A stretch of 39,273 bases of DNA, taken from NCBI GenBank assembly GCA_027073795.1, contig JALTEW010000492.1, positions 1 through 39,273 of the forward strand, written 5' to 3'. Positions 24,884 through 34,220 of this stretch are shown in pieces. The DNA is from a bacterium (lineage in GTDB: Bacteria; Desulfobacterota; S145-22). Under the pieces are notes generated by a model. It ran no database searches. It saw nothing but the letters and a program-made list of their open reading frames with translations, and had not been told where the DNA came from. A program made the translations under genes and the position numbers. Positions within the stretch are counted from its first letter, which is position 1. Each line of letters opens with the position of its first letter.

Positions 24884-26554
24884 ATGAGTGAAAGCAGGTA
24901 TCCACCCGTTCGTCTTATCCCTCTTGGGGGCCTGGGAGAAATCGGGTGCAACATGATGGTCTTCGAAATCGGGGAGGATATATTCCTGATCGATGCGGGG
25001 CTTATGTTCCCGGAGGAATATATGCTGGGGATCGACTTTGTCATCCCTGACTTCAGCTATCTGAAAAGCAAAAAAGACAAAGTACGTGCCATTTTCCTGA
25101 CTCACGGCCATGAGGATCACATCGGCGCCCTTCCCTTCCTTCTGCAGGAAATCAGCGTGCCGATCTATGGAACAGCTTTTACACTGGCCCTGGTAGAAAG
25201 AAAACTTCGGGAATACGAACTGGGTTCTCCGGTGCAGTTAAGAAAAATCAAGCCCCGGGATGTCCTGAATATAGGCGATGCGAAATTTGAATTCATTGGT
25301 GTCAATCACAGCATCGTCGAGGGGGTCGGTATTGCCATTGAAACACCCATCGGTACCATCATCCATACTGGTGATTTCAAGATTGACCAAACCCCGCTGG
25401 GAGATAATATGATAGACCTCAACCGCTTTGCTGATTACGGGGACAAGGGTGTCTTGCTCCTGTTGTCCGACAGTACCAACGCGGATTATGAGGGATTCAG
25501 TTTATCTGAGCGAACCGTCAAGAAGCGCCTCGAAAAAATCCTCTCTGACAGCACGGGGCGCGTGATCATCACGGTTTTTGCTTCCAACATCCGAAGGATG
25601 CAGGGAATTCTGGAAGCCTGTGATAAGCTGGGAAGAAAGGTAGCTCTTATTGGCCGAAGCATCGTGGACAATATCGAGAGCGCCAGCAGTCTTGGAATTC
25701 TCGATGTCCCCGATGACCTGCTTGTCGATGTCAGAGAGATTAAAGACCTCGATCCATCAAAGGTTACGATGATCACAACCGGCAGCCAGGGAGAACCCTA
25801 TTCGGCCCTCTCTCTCATGGCGACCAACGCCCACAAATATATCCAAATCCAGCCAGGTGATACGGTTATTTTTTCATCCCGCTTCATTCCGGGAAATGAG
25901 CGCGCCATTACAAGAATCATCAATCAGCTCTACCGGAAGGGGGCCGAGGTCATTTATGAGCAGGTCAAAAATGTCCATACCTCCGGACATGCCTACCAGG
26001 AAGAATTGAAGATGATGCTGAATCTCGTCAAGCCGGATTTTTTCATGCCCGTGCATGGAGAGGTTCGCCTTCTAGCCAAACACATCAATTTGGCAAAGTC
26101 GATGGGGATGTCGAATGAGGCACTCATCCTCGCGGAAGACGGGGATATTATCAAGGTTACACCTGAAGGGATTACGAAGGAAGGAAGGGCCCCGGTTGGG
26201 AAGGTCTTCATCGATGGAAAAGGCGTGGGGGACGTAGGAACGCTGGTCCTGAGGGACAGGAAGCACCTCTCAGAGGACGGGCTGGTGGTTATCCTGAGTG
26301 TTCTGGACGGAGAAAACGGGGAGATGGTCAGCGAGCCCAACCTTATCAGCCGCGGCTTTATCTTTGAGGATTTTCACAAGGAGATGCTTCAGGAAGCCAA
26401 GAACCTTGTCAAGAAAACGATTATGGAGGCAAATTCGGAACGGCGTAAAGACTCCGGAGAACTACAAGGAGAAATCAGCAAGATACTGAAACGCTTTTTC
26501 AATACGCGCCTCAAGCGACGCCCCATGATTCTCCCCATTGTTCTTGAAATGTAG
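24884..26554 (+). CDS. rnj: Ribonuclease J
   Basis: 556 aa. It begins VRLIPLGGLGEIGCNMMVFE, has the metallo-beta-lactamase motif THGHEDHIGALP and the beta-CASP region, and ends with a C-terminal domain. Confidence 0.92.
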   Translation: MSESRYPPVRLIPLGGLGEIGCNMMVFEIGEDIFLIDAGLMFPEEYMLGIDFVIPDFSYLKSKKDKVRAIFLTHGHEDHIGALPFLLQEISVPIYGTAFTLALVERKLREYELGSPVQLRKIKPRDVLNIGDAKFEFIGVNHSIVEGVGIAIETPIGTIIHTGDFKIDQTPLGDNMIDLNRFADYGDKGVLLLLSDSTNADYEGFSLSERTVKKRLEKILSDSTGRVIITVFASNIRRMQGILEACDKLGRKVALIGRSIVDNIESASSLGILDVPDDLLVDVREIKDLDPSKVTMITTGSQGEPYSALSLMATNAHKYIQIQPGDTVIFSSRFIPGNERAITRIINQLYRKGAEVIYEQVKNVHTSGHAYQEELKMMLNLVKPDFFMPVHGEVRLLAKHINLAKSMGMSNEALILAEDGDIIKVTPEGITKEGRAPVGKVFIDGKGVGDVGTLVLRDRKHLSEDGLVVILSVLDGENGEMVSEPNLISRGFIFEDFHKEMLQEAKNLVKKTIMEANSERRKDSGELQGEISKILKRFFNTRLKRRPMILPIVLEM

Positions 26555-26562
26555 AGATTGCC

Positions 26563-28758
26563 ATGGAAAAGAAAACGGTTATAAAGGAAATACTCGGGAT
26601 TTTCTTTCTGGTTATGGCGGTCTTTGTGGGGATTAGCCTTATTACCTACTCACCTAGAGACCCTTCGCTGAACGTGGCGCGCCCCATTAGCGCACCTCCG
26701 ATTCATAATCTTCTGGGATACAGCGGTTCCGTTATCTCGGATCTCGTGTTTCAGCTCTTTGGGATTTCGGGTTTTACCTTGCCTTTGCTTCTCCTTCTTG
26801 ATGCCATTTTCTTTTTTTCTCCCCCCTCCCTCACAAAAGTTCTGGTAAAAAACATCTCACTTCTGCTTGTGGGTGTTTCCATTGGATTGCTCTTCAATAT
26901 CTTTAGCCCGGGCCTGTCCTTCCTGGGGCACGCCATTCCATCGGCCGGTGTCATGGGAACCCTCGTTAATCGCGTCAGCACCCGTTACGTTGGAAAACTT
27001 GGTGCATTTCTCATTTATATCGCAGTCATCTGGGCAGGCCTGACACTTCTTATCAACCGCTCCATCACTGGAATTCTAAAACCTGTTTTTACCCTCCCCA
27101 GAAATTTGATTCTCAAGTTTAAAAACAGGGCAACCATCCAGAAGGAGAGAACGAAACGCCAGAAGGTTGTGGAAGAAAAGGGGAAAAAGCTGAAGTGGGA
27201 AGAAACGATACCTGAAATTTTCCTTGCCCCGAAGGAGGAAAAGAAACGCCTTCCCAAGCAGGAGCAGTTTACCTTCATGGAACAGCCGGAAGGTGCCAAA
27301 ACGTTTGTTCTTCCCCCCCTATCCCTGCTCAAAGATCAGCCACGGTCCAGTATGAAGATCAATGAAGAGGTTCTCAAATTCAATTCCAAAATTCTCATCA
27401 ACAAACTCAGTGATTATGGCGTCGAGGGAAAGATCGTTCAGGTCAACCCGGGCCCCATCATTACGGTCTATGAGTTTGAACCCGCCCCTGGCATCAAACT
27501 CAGCCGTATTGTCAACCTCAGTGATGACCTTGCCATGGCATTAAGCGCCATCAGTATCCGCATTGTCGCACCCATTCCAGGCAAATCCGTTGTGGGGATT
27601 GAAATCCCTAATCGGGACAGAAAAACCGTTCTCCTGCGGCCCATCCTGGAAGATGAAAGTTTTTCCTCACCCAAACTCAGGCTTCCGCTGGCGCTGGGAA
27701 AGGATATTTCCGGTTCACCTTATATCACCGATTTATCTCAGATGCCTCATCTCCTGGTAGCGGGTTCCACAGGATCGGGAAAAAGCGTTGCTCTGAACTG
27801 CATGATTCTGAGCCTCCTCTATCGCCTTACCCCCAAGGAGGTGCGATTTCTCATGATAGATCCCAAGATGCTTGAACTTTCCCTTTACGATGACATCCCC
27901 CACCTCATTATGCCCGTGGTCACAGACCCCAAAAGCGCTTCGAAATCACTGATGTGGCTCGTTGAAGAGATGGAAAGACGATATGCTTATCTGGCGGATT
28001 TTGGGGTAAGGAATATCCTTCAGTATCACGACCTTTTGAAAAGGAAAAAACCCCCAAAAAAATCCACCCTCGACATACCAGAAACGGATGAAGATGCTCC
28101 CGATTCCCTTCCCTATATCGTGGTAATCATCGATGAGCTGGCTGATTTGATGCTGACAGCCTCCAAGGATGTGGAAGGCTCCATTACACGCCTGGCGCAA
28201 ATGGCCCGAGCTGTTGGTATTCACCTGATTCTCGCAACCCAGCGCCCTTCGGTAGATGTCCTGACGGGAATCATCAAGGCAAACTTCCCCGCCCGTATCT
28301 CCTTCAGGGTTGCCTCAAAAACGGATTCAAGGACCATTCTTGATTCCATGGGTGCGGAAAGCCTCCTGGGTCAGGGAGACATGCTCTTTCTTCCCCCCGG
28401 GACGTCACAGATGTTACGACTCCATGGGGCATATGTATCAGGTGAGGAAATCAGTAAAATTGTTCAATTCCTCAAGAAACAATTGCCACCTGAATACGTG
28501 GAACTTTCAAAAATTGAAGAGGCCGGAAGTTCCAGTACTCCTCAGGAGTCAGACAACGAATATGATGAAAAGTATGATGAGGCCGTCGCCTTCGTGACAG
28601 AAGTGGGGCATGCCTCCATCTCCATGGTTCAACGGCGGTTTCGCATCGGATACAATCGCGCAGCAAGAATCGTGGAAAAGATGGAAGAGGAAGGAATCGT
28701 GGCACCCTCGGATGGCGTCAAACCCCGAAAGGTCCTGGTTCCAAAAATCTACAAATGA
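26563..28758 (+). CDS. ftsK: DNA translocase FtsK
   Basis: 731 aa. It has N-terminal TM helices, a linker, and a motor domain with Walker A GSTGSGKSV and IVVIIDELADLM. The C-terminal gamma wHTH reads YDEAVAFVTEVGHASISMVQRRFRIGYNRAARIVEKME. Confidence 0.92.
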   Translation: MEKKTVIKEILGIFFLVMAVFVGISLITYSPRDPSLNVARPISAPPIHNLLGYSGSVISDLVFQLFGISGFTLPLLLLLDAIFFFSPPSLTKVLVKNISLLLVGVSIGLLFNIFSPGLSFLGHAIPSAGVMGTLVNRVSTRYVGKLGAFLIYIAVIWAGLTLLINRSITGILKPVFTLPRNLILKFKNRATIQKERTKRQKVVEEKGKKLKWEETIPEIFLAPKEEKKRLPKQEQFTFMEQPEGAKTFVLPPLSLLKDQPRSSMKINEEVLKFNSKILINKLSDYGVEGKIVQVNPGPIITVYEFEPAPGIKLSRIVNLSDDLAMALSAISIRIVAPIPGKSVVGIEIPNRDRKTVLLRPILEDESFSSPKLRLPLALGKDISGSPYITDLSQMPHLLVAGSTGSGKSVALNCMILSLLYRLTPKEVRFLMIDPKMLELSLYDDIPHLIMPVVTDPKSASKSLMWLVEEMERRYAYLADFGVRNILQYHDLLKRKKPPKKSTLDIPETDEDAPDSLPYIVVIIDELADLMLTASKDVEGSITRLAQMARAVGIHLILATQRPSVDVLTGIIKANFPARISFRVASKTDSRTILDSMGAESLLGQGDMLFLPPGTSQMLRLHGAYVSGEEISKIVQFLKKQLPPEYVELSKIEEAGSSSTPQESDNEYDEKYDEAVAFVTEVGHASISMVQRRFRIGYNRAARIVEKMEEEGIVAPSDGVKPRKVLVPKIYK

Positions 28759-28768
28759 AAGGGCTTCC

Positions 28769-29455
28769 ATGAAAGAACTATTCAAACCTCCATCCCTTAG
28801 AGGTTGCTATTTTTCCTTTTTCCTGTTGTTTTTTTCGATTTCACCCCCGTTACTCTTCGCGCAGGCAGGCCAGGGAGGAAATGCATATTTAAAAAAGATT
28901 GAAAAGAGATATGGAGGCGTCCAATCCTTCAGGGCTAAATTCATCCAGACCTCCAAGGCACCAGGCGTTGTCAGGCGTGAGAAGGCAAGTGGGATTGTCT
29001 ATCTGAGGAAGGATGGCAAATTCAGATGGGACTATGACGAGCCAGAGGTTGTCCTGATTATAAGCGACGGGAATACCCTGTGGATTTACCAACCTGAAGA
29101 TAAGCAGGTCATGGTGGACAGGACCTTTAAAACCAAGATGAAGCGATTTCCCTATACCTTTCTGAAGGGGATGGAACACCTTGGAATGGATTTTAACGCC
29201 CATGTATTAAATAGAAGGGGTGAAGAGGTCACACTCAAGCTTATCCCCAAAAAGCCCATCAAAAAAATCACAAAAATGCAGATAACCTTCAACACCCATT
29301 CCCTACTTATTCGCGGGATTACATGGACGTCAGCCCAGGGTGTTGAAACCCTTATCACCTTTAACGATATTGACATTACATCGAAAATCCCCGATAGTGT
29401 CTTTCACTTTGAACCACCGGAAGGCGTGGATATTGTCAGTGCGAACGCGCCATAG
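28769..29455 (+). CDS. lolA: Outer-membrane lipoprotein carrier protein LolA
   Basis: I start it at ATG 28769, which gives a signal peptide (the track ORF begins inside ftsK). It has VQSFRAKFIQ...GKFRWDYDEPEVVLIISDGNTLWIYQPEDKQV. The ftsK-lolA order matches E. coli. Confidence 0.8.
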   Translation: MKELFKPPSLRGCYFSFFLLFFSISPPLLFAQAGQGGNAYLKKIEKRYGGVQSFRAKFIQTSKAPGVVRREKASGIVYLRKDGKFRWDYDEPEVVLIISDGNTLWIYQPEDKQVMVDRTFKTKMKRFPYTFLKGMEHLGMDFNAHVLNRRGEEVTLKLIPKKPIKKITKMQITFNTHSLLIRGITWTSAQGVETLITFNDIDITSKIPDSVFHFEPPEGVDIVSANAP

Positions 29456-29464
29456 GATAAGGAA

Positions 29465-30832
29465 ATGGTAAAACCAAAACCGCAGGTCCTGCTGGACAGT
29501 GTCAGAAGGTTAAGCCGCCGCCAGGCGGTTGGACCGTTAACCAATATTCTATATAAATCCCATCCGGCGGACATTGCTGAGGTTATCAAATACCTGACTG
29601 ACTCTGAGAAGAGAATGGTTTTCGGGCTTATCAAAGACCCCGAAAAGGCGGCTGATGTGCTCTCCGAGCTGGATATTTCCGACAGCATTCACCTCTTAAG
29701 CGGGATGAGCGAGGAACAAATTACCACGATACTCAGGGAAATGTCTTCCGACGACGCCGCTGAATTGATTTCAAACCTCCCCGGTGAAATTTCGGAGCGC
29801 GTTCTCCATCTAATGGAGCAGGAAGGCCAAAAGGACGTCGAAGATCTCCTCCAGTACGAGGAAAAGACCGCCGGCCGCATCATGACCACCGATTTTTTCG
29901 CCCTAGGGGAGGATACCACCGCTGAAGAGGCCATGCGCGCCATCCGTGAAAATTCAGAGGCAGAGATGGTCTTTTACATCTACGTGGTGGATGAGCGAGG
30001 TCATCTGGTTGGGGTGGTTTCTCTGCGGCAGCTTGTGATCGTCTCTCCAAAGACAAAGCTGAAGGATATCATGATGACGGACGTTATCTCCGTTACCACG
30101 GACATGGACCAGGAAGAGGTTGCCCGTATTGTTGAACGCTATGATTTTCTCGCCATTCCTGTCGTGGACAACAAAAATCACCTGATGGGCATTATCACCG
30201 TGGATGATGTTATCGACGTCCTTCGTGAAGAGGCTACGGAAGATATCATGAAGATGGTGGGAACGAAAGAAGAGGAGTATGTCTATCATGACAAGGTGAC
30301 CCGCGTGGCACGTCTGAGACTTCCCTGGTTGATAACAAACCTCTTCGGGGGGCTGGTAACCGGATACATCATGTGGCTGTTCAAAGTGACCATCAAGGAC
30401 ATGCTGGCCCTCATCACCTTCATACCGGTGATAACGGGCATGGGCGGCAATGTGGGGGTTCAATCCTCCTCCATCATGGTCCGGGGATTTGCTACGGGGA
30501 AAGTCAGTTTTGACAGGGTCAGGGTGTTTCTGATGCGCGAAATCCTTATCGGATTTATGATGGGCGTCAGTTGCGGGATTGTCGTGGGGCTGGTTGGCTA
30601 CCTCTGGCATCACAGCTTTGTCCTGGGGCTCGTGGTGGGTATTGCCATGATGGTTGCCATGACGGTCGCCGCATCCATGGGAACCCTGGTTCCAACCTTC
30701 TTTCGCAAAATTCACGTGGACCCTGCGATTGCATCAGGTCCCTTCGTGACCACCTCCAACGATATCGTTGGCATCCTCATCTATCTGGCAACAGCCACTA
30801 TCTTCCTTAAATTTTTCCATCTCATTCCCTGA
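29465..30832 (+). CDS. mgtE: Magnesium transporter MgtE
   Basis: 455 aa. It has the N-terminal MgtE domain, tandem CBS domains (AGRIMTTDF..., VVDERGHLVGVVS, VVDNKNHLMGIITVDDVIDVL) and 5 TM helices with GMGGNVGVQSS. Confidence 0.92.
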   Translation: MVKPKPQVLLDSVRRLSRRQAVGPLTNILYKSHPADIAEVIKYLTDSEKRMVFGLIKDPEKAADVLSELDISDSIHLLSGMSEEQITTILREMSSDDAAELISNLPGEISERVLHLMEQEGQKDVEDLLQYEEKTAGRIMTTDFFALGEDTTAEEAMRAIRENSEAEMVFYIYVVDERGHLVGVVSLRQLVIVSPKTKLKDIMMTDVISVTTDMDQEEVARIVERYDFLAIPVVDNKNHLMGIITVDDVIDVLREEATEDIMKMVGTKEEEYVYHDKVTRVARLRLPWLITNLFGGLVTGYIMWLFKVTIKDMLALITFIPVITGMGGNVGVQSSSIMVRGFATGKVSFDRVRVFLMREILIGFMMGVSCGIVVGLVGYLWHHSFVLGLVVGIAMMVAMTVAASMGTLVPTFFRKIHVDPAIASGPFVTTSNDIVGILIYLATATIFLKFFHLIP

Positions 30833-30842
30833 AGCCCGCCTA

Positions 30843-31586
30843 ATGGAGGGACTGGTTCTCCGGCTTATCGATTATGGTGAATCCGACCAGATCGCTTATC
30901 TTTTCCTCAAGGAAGAGGGTATCCTTTCAGCCATCGCGAAGGGAATCAAAAAAAGCAAACACAGATTCCCCCATCACCTCGAGCCCTTCCGAATTTACTC
31001 CTTCAAACTGCGCAAAAAACCCTCCCATGACCTTTACTGGATTCAAACGGCCGATCAGGTTACCTCGTTTGAGAAAATCATGAACGACATCCGCAAGATC
31101 GCTCTTGGCAACGTCATTTTTGAAATGGTCATGAAAGGGGTCAGGGAAGGACATCCACACCCTGAACTTTACACCTTTGTCATCTCACTTTTCCGGGCAC
31201 TTGAAGTAACAGATAACATCTTTCCCCTACGCTTTTATGCAGAGATCCATACCCTCCGCCTTCTGGGGTTTTTGCCCAACTTCGAGACCTGCCTTCGATG
31301 TAGAAAACCGCTCCGAAAAGAAGAAGACAACTGTTTCGACCCAGTTAAGGGGGGAATTATCTGCCCCCGCTGTCAGGGATTGACATACAAGACAGGAACT
31401 ATTATTGGATCAGAAGCCCTTGGCGCCCTACAATTCCTGAAAAAATCGCCCCTCCATGCGGTGTCCAGGCTTCGCATCACAGAAAATGCCAAGAATGCCA
31501 TTGAGGCATTTCTCACAGAATTTATCACCTATCACCTGGAACATCCCATAAAGTCCCTTTCCTTTTTGAAGGAGGTAATGCCGTGA
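30843..31586 (+). CDS. recO: DNA repair protein RecO
   Basis: I start it at ATG 30843 (MEGLVLRLIDYGESDQIAYLF, an OB-fold N-terminus). It has a Zn-finger CLRC...CPRC. It lies 10 nt after mgtE. Confidence 0.88.
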   Translation: MEGLVLRLIDYGESDQIAYLFLKEEGILSAIAKGIKKSKHRFPHHLEPFRIYSFKLRKKPSHDLYWIQTADQVTSFEKIMNDIRKIALGNVIFEMVMKGVREGHPHPELYTFVISLFRALEVTDNIFPLRFYAEIHTLRLLGFLPNFETCLRCRKPLRKEEDNCFDPVKGGIICPRCQGLTYKTGTIIGSEALGALQFLKKSPLHAVSRLRITENAKNAIEAFLTEFITYHLEHPIKSLSFLKEVMP

Positions 31587-31590
31587 CGTG

Positions 31591-32937
31591 TTACAGTTCC
31601 TTCCGTGTCTTGACCAGAATCCTGTAGATGTTTTTAATCCAGTCCAGGTGTTCAGGCTTCATCAGGCAGGACCGGAGGCAGGTCACGGTCTTTTCATCCC
31701 TTTTCACCCCTTCCAGAGAGGCCTCAAAGAATGATACAGGAAGTGTGACCAGGGCAAGATGAAGGTTGTTATCAGCGGCTTTTTCGAAAAACTTTCTCGA
31801 TAACGCGGATATTTCCGAAACGCTTCCCGCCTTGGGCGCGTAGACAAGAATGTCCAGTTCCGGGGGGAACGCCGTGATAAAACGCGTGTCAGCGGAAAGT
31901 CTTTCATAAAGGACAAGGGCCGCCTTTCGCGCCTCCTCCAGGCCTTCAGCCAACTCCCCACCCTTTTTCAGGGGAAGCAGGCGCTGGGTTGCCCAGAGGG
32001 CCACGGCGGAGGCACCGGGCCGTGAACATTCGAGGCTAATCTCCCCCAGGTGCATTTCCCCGGAGCTGAAATAGGTGTAAGGGGAATCGTGTGTATACAA
32101 TTTCCCAATTGCGGGGTCTTTAAAGAGGATGCATCCGCATCCATAGGGTTGAAGTCCGTGCTTATGGGGATCGATGGCAATGGAATCGACTTCCTCTAAA
32201 TGCTGATACGCCTTTTTTGTTTCGTCCGAGAGATTTTCCGCAAGGATGAAATAGCCACCATACGCGGCATCCGCGTGGACCCGGAAATGATATCGTTCTT
32301 TCAAGGCCAGAATTTCACCAAGAGGATCCACGGATCCGGTAGCCGTGGTTCCGATCGTGGCCACGACCATTCCCACATCCTTATGTTTCAAAACATCCTC
32401 GAGAGCATTCAGGTCCATCCTTGCCGTGGTGTCAACAGGAACGGAACGGTAGGGAATTTTCAGGACATGTGTAATCCGTTCGTGTGTGTAGTGCGCCTGT
32501 TGAGACGCCACAACCAGCTTTCCCGGATTCAGAGCCCCAGCCACCCACAGGGCCTCCATATTTGCCATCGTCCCGCCCCCGCACAAATGCCCCATGTGGG
32601 TTTCCCAACCGAACATTCGCGCGATAGCCGCGACCGCCTCCTTCTCCATGTAAGAACTGGCACGCCCTCCATCGAGGGCGTGATTATTTGGATTGACATA
32701 AAGCGCCAGCATATAGGCAAGCCTTGCGATAGGGTGCGGCGGTTTCATCATCTGACCGGCATACAGCGGATGGAAATAGGGGTAGTTATCCCGCATTTTT
32801 TCGGCAACTTCCAAGAGAACCGGCCTCAGTCGCTCCATATCCACATGCGATTCAAAGTCCGGCAGGTTCGAAAATCCCTTCTCTAAATCCGAAATGGCCT
32901 CGTTTAAAAGCTGAAGTTCCTCCCCATTCATACGCAT
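31591..32937 (-). CDS. Group II pyridoxal-phosphate-dependent amino-acid decarboxylase
   Basis: 448 aa. It has YPYFHPLYAGQMMKPPHP, GGGTMANMEAL, VHADAAYGG and the PLP-lysine motif IDPHKHG. AGGGG lies 6 nt before the ATG. The substrate cannot be determined from the sequence. Confidence 0.85.
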   Translation of the reverse strand: MRMNGEELQLLNEAISDLEKGFSNLPDFESHVDMERLRPVLLEVAEKMRDNYPYFHPLYAGQMMKPPHPIARLAYMLALYVNPNNHALDGGRASSYMEKEAVAAIARMFGWETHMGHLCGGGTMANMEALWVAGALNPGKLVVASQQAHYTHERITHVLKIPYRSVPVDTTARMDLNALEDVLKHKDVGMVVATIGTTATGSVDPLGEILALKERYHFRVHADAAYGGYFILAENLSDETKKAYQHLEEVDSIAIDPHKHGLQPYGCGCILFKDPAIGKLYTHDSPYTYFSSGEMHLGEISLECSRPGASAVALWATQRLLPLKKGGELAEGLEEARKAALVLYERLSADTRFITAFPPELDILVYAPKAGSVSEISALSRKFFEKAADNNLHLALVTLPVSFFEASLEGVKRDEKTVTCLRSCLMKPEHLDWIKNIYRILVKTRKEL

Positions 32938-33059
32938 TTGATACCCCCTAAATTCATTTTGCAGCGAATTTATGCGTGACTGGAATCTATCTTATATCTC
33001 AAAAGGGTTCAATATCCTTTCAATGAGTGAAGGATAGATAAACTTGAAGTCCTGCCGTC

Positions 33060-33087
33060 ATTATATTTTGCGTACTGTTTTTTCAAA
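33060..33087 (-). promoter_or_regulatory. Putative sigma70 promoter for the PLP decarboxylase
   Basis: On the minus strand there is a perfect TATAAT (plus coordinates 33060-33065). TTGAAA lies 15 nt upstream, or TTTGAA at 16 nt. This implies a leader of about 115 nt. Confidence 0.45.
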
Positions 33088-33117
33088 CCGCAACTAAAAA
33101 GATAGGGGAACACATGA

Positions 33118-33320
33118 TTGAAGGCTTTAGGACACCACGTTTTAGCTGAATTCTATGGGTGCGCGCCAAATGTTCTCAAAACACCTTTGAAGAAGCCCTC
33201 CCCGCGTCGGGAATCGGTAACACCGACCTCATCAAGACAAACAGCATCCTGCCGAAGCATTCTCCTTGCTGTTCCAACATTAAATCAGCGAGACAGATGA
33301 ATCCAGCATGCCTACCTTAG
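33118..33320 (+). pseudogene. Frameshifted and truncated relic of a pyruvoyl-dependent decarboxylase gene (SpeD-like N-terminus, PdaD-like motif after the frameshift)
   Basis: Frame 1 from TTG 33118 reads MKALGHHVLAEFYGCAPNVL, which by recollection matches class 1 AdoMet decarboxylase N-termini (MKxLGxHxxAEFYxC). After the A-run at 33178-33181 the similarity continues only in another frame: NTFEEALPASGIGNTDLIKTNSILP, which resembles the PdaD GIGNxNLIxxSSIxP region. The reading frame ends within 70 codons, and the catalytic alpha-chain region is absent. Confidence 0.4.
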
Positions 33321-34088
33321 GATCTGGCTGAGAAAGAGTTTCGTGCGCTCGTGCTTGGGGTTGGAGAAGAAATCCTCCGGGTTGTTTGCCTCGACGATAC
33401 GGCCATAGTCCATAAAAAGGACACGGTGTGCCACACTCTTGGCGAAGCCCATTTCGTGGGTGACCACGATCATGGTCATTCCCTCCTTGGCAAGTTCGAC
33501 CATGACGTCCAAGACCTCTTTAATCATCTCGGGGTCGAGGGCGGAGGTCGGTTCGTCGAAGAGCATGATTTTGGGATTCATACAGAGGCTCCGGGCGATG
33601 GCCACCCGTTGCTGCTGACCACCCGAAAGCTGGCCGGGATATTTTTTTGCCTGGTCCGCGATGTGCACCTTTTCAAGGTAGTACATAGCGGTCTCTTCCG
33701 CCTTTTTTCTCGGGACCTTTCGAACCCAGATAGGTCCCAGCGTCAGGTTGTCCAGAATGGTCAGGTGGGGGAAGAGATTGAAATGCTGAAAGACCATCCC
33801 CACCTCGGCACGGATCTTTTCGATGTTTTTGACGTTGTTGGTCAACTCAACCCCGTCCACAATAATACGTCCCCTCTGATGTTCTTCCAGGCGGTTGATA
33901 CACCGAATCAGGGTGGATTTTCCCGAACCCGAGGGACCACAGATGACAATTCGCTCCTGCCTTTTGACGGTGAGGTTAATTCCCTGCAGTACGTGGAGCT
34001 CTCCATACCATTTGTGCAGATCGATGATTTCAATCATGGCTTCTGCCAAGGACTGTCGTTCAATATTCTTTTTTGTTTCCCCGGACAT
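33312..34088 (-). CDS. aapP: General L-amino-acid ABC transporter ATP-binding protein
   Basis: 258 aa with Walker [10 protein letters not shown], the signature [13 protein letters not shown] and Walker [12 protein letters not shown]. It is the last gene of the aapJQMP-like cluster. Confidence 0.9.
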   Translation of the reverse strand: MSGETKKNIERQSLAEAMIEIIDLHKWYGELHVLQGINLTVKRQERIVICGPSGSGKSTLIRCINRLEEHQRGRIIVDGVELTNNVKNIEKIRAEVGMVFQHFNLFPHLTILDNLTLGPIWVRKVPRKKAEETAMYYLEKVHIADQAKKYPGQLSGGQQQRVAIARSLCMNPKIMLFDEPTSALDPEMIKEVLDVMVELAKEGMTMIVVTHEMGFAKSVAHRVLFMDYGRIVEANNPEDFFSNPKHERTKLFLSQILR

Positions 34089-34155
34089 GTATGGTTCCTT
34101 CGTGGTTTAGAGTGGCAGCAAAAGGCAATAGCTAAAACATAAAAACAAAATCTTT

Positions 34156-34220
34156 ATGCCTTTGCGGCCTTGCGCGGAAATTGCCTTGGATTTCACAAGA
34201 TCTGGCTTTTGCAAAGGCAT
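34156..34220 (-). repeat. 10-bp perfect inverted repeat (hairpin with a 45-nt loop) in the aapM-aapP spacer
   Basis: ATGCCTTTGC (34156-34165) is the reverse complement of GCAAAGGCAT (34211-34220). On the minus-strand RNA a U-rich tract follows the second arm. One arm abuts the aapM stop codon. Confidence 0.6.

Noticed and set aside
33000-33030. A tRNA-like T-arm (AAGGG-TTCAATA-TCCTT) in the decarboxylase leader.
   Set aside because: No matching acceptor stem, D-arm or anticodon arm can be drawn in the flanking 80 nt, and the stem is imperfect.
33118-33300. The 60-aa track ORF as an intact small gene.
   Set aside because: Only the first 20 or so residues resemble a known family. The remainder (KTPLKKPSPRRESVTPTSSRQTAS...) is low-complexity, while family-like sequence continues in another frame. 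I therefore interpret it as a frameshifted relic.
33351-34142. A 263-aa plus-strand ORF fully antisense to aapP. Similar long antisense or shadow ORFs occur at 29954-30715 (mgtE), 32200-32886 (decarboxylase), 9680-10375 (adaptor), 12359-12994 (TRAP permease) and 4910-6283 (GltD-like fusion).
   Set aside because: Each overlaps a gene with unmistakable family motifs on the other strand. Their translations are low-complexity (Gly/His/Arg/Pro-rich), they lack SD sequences, and they have no recognisable motifs. These are typical shadow ORFs.
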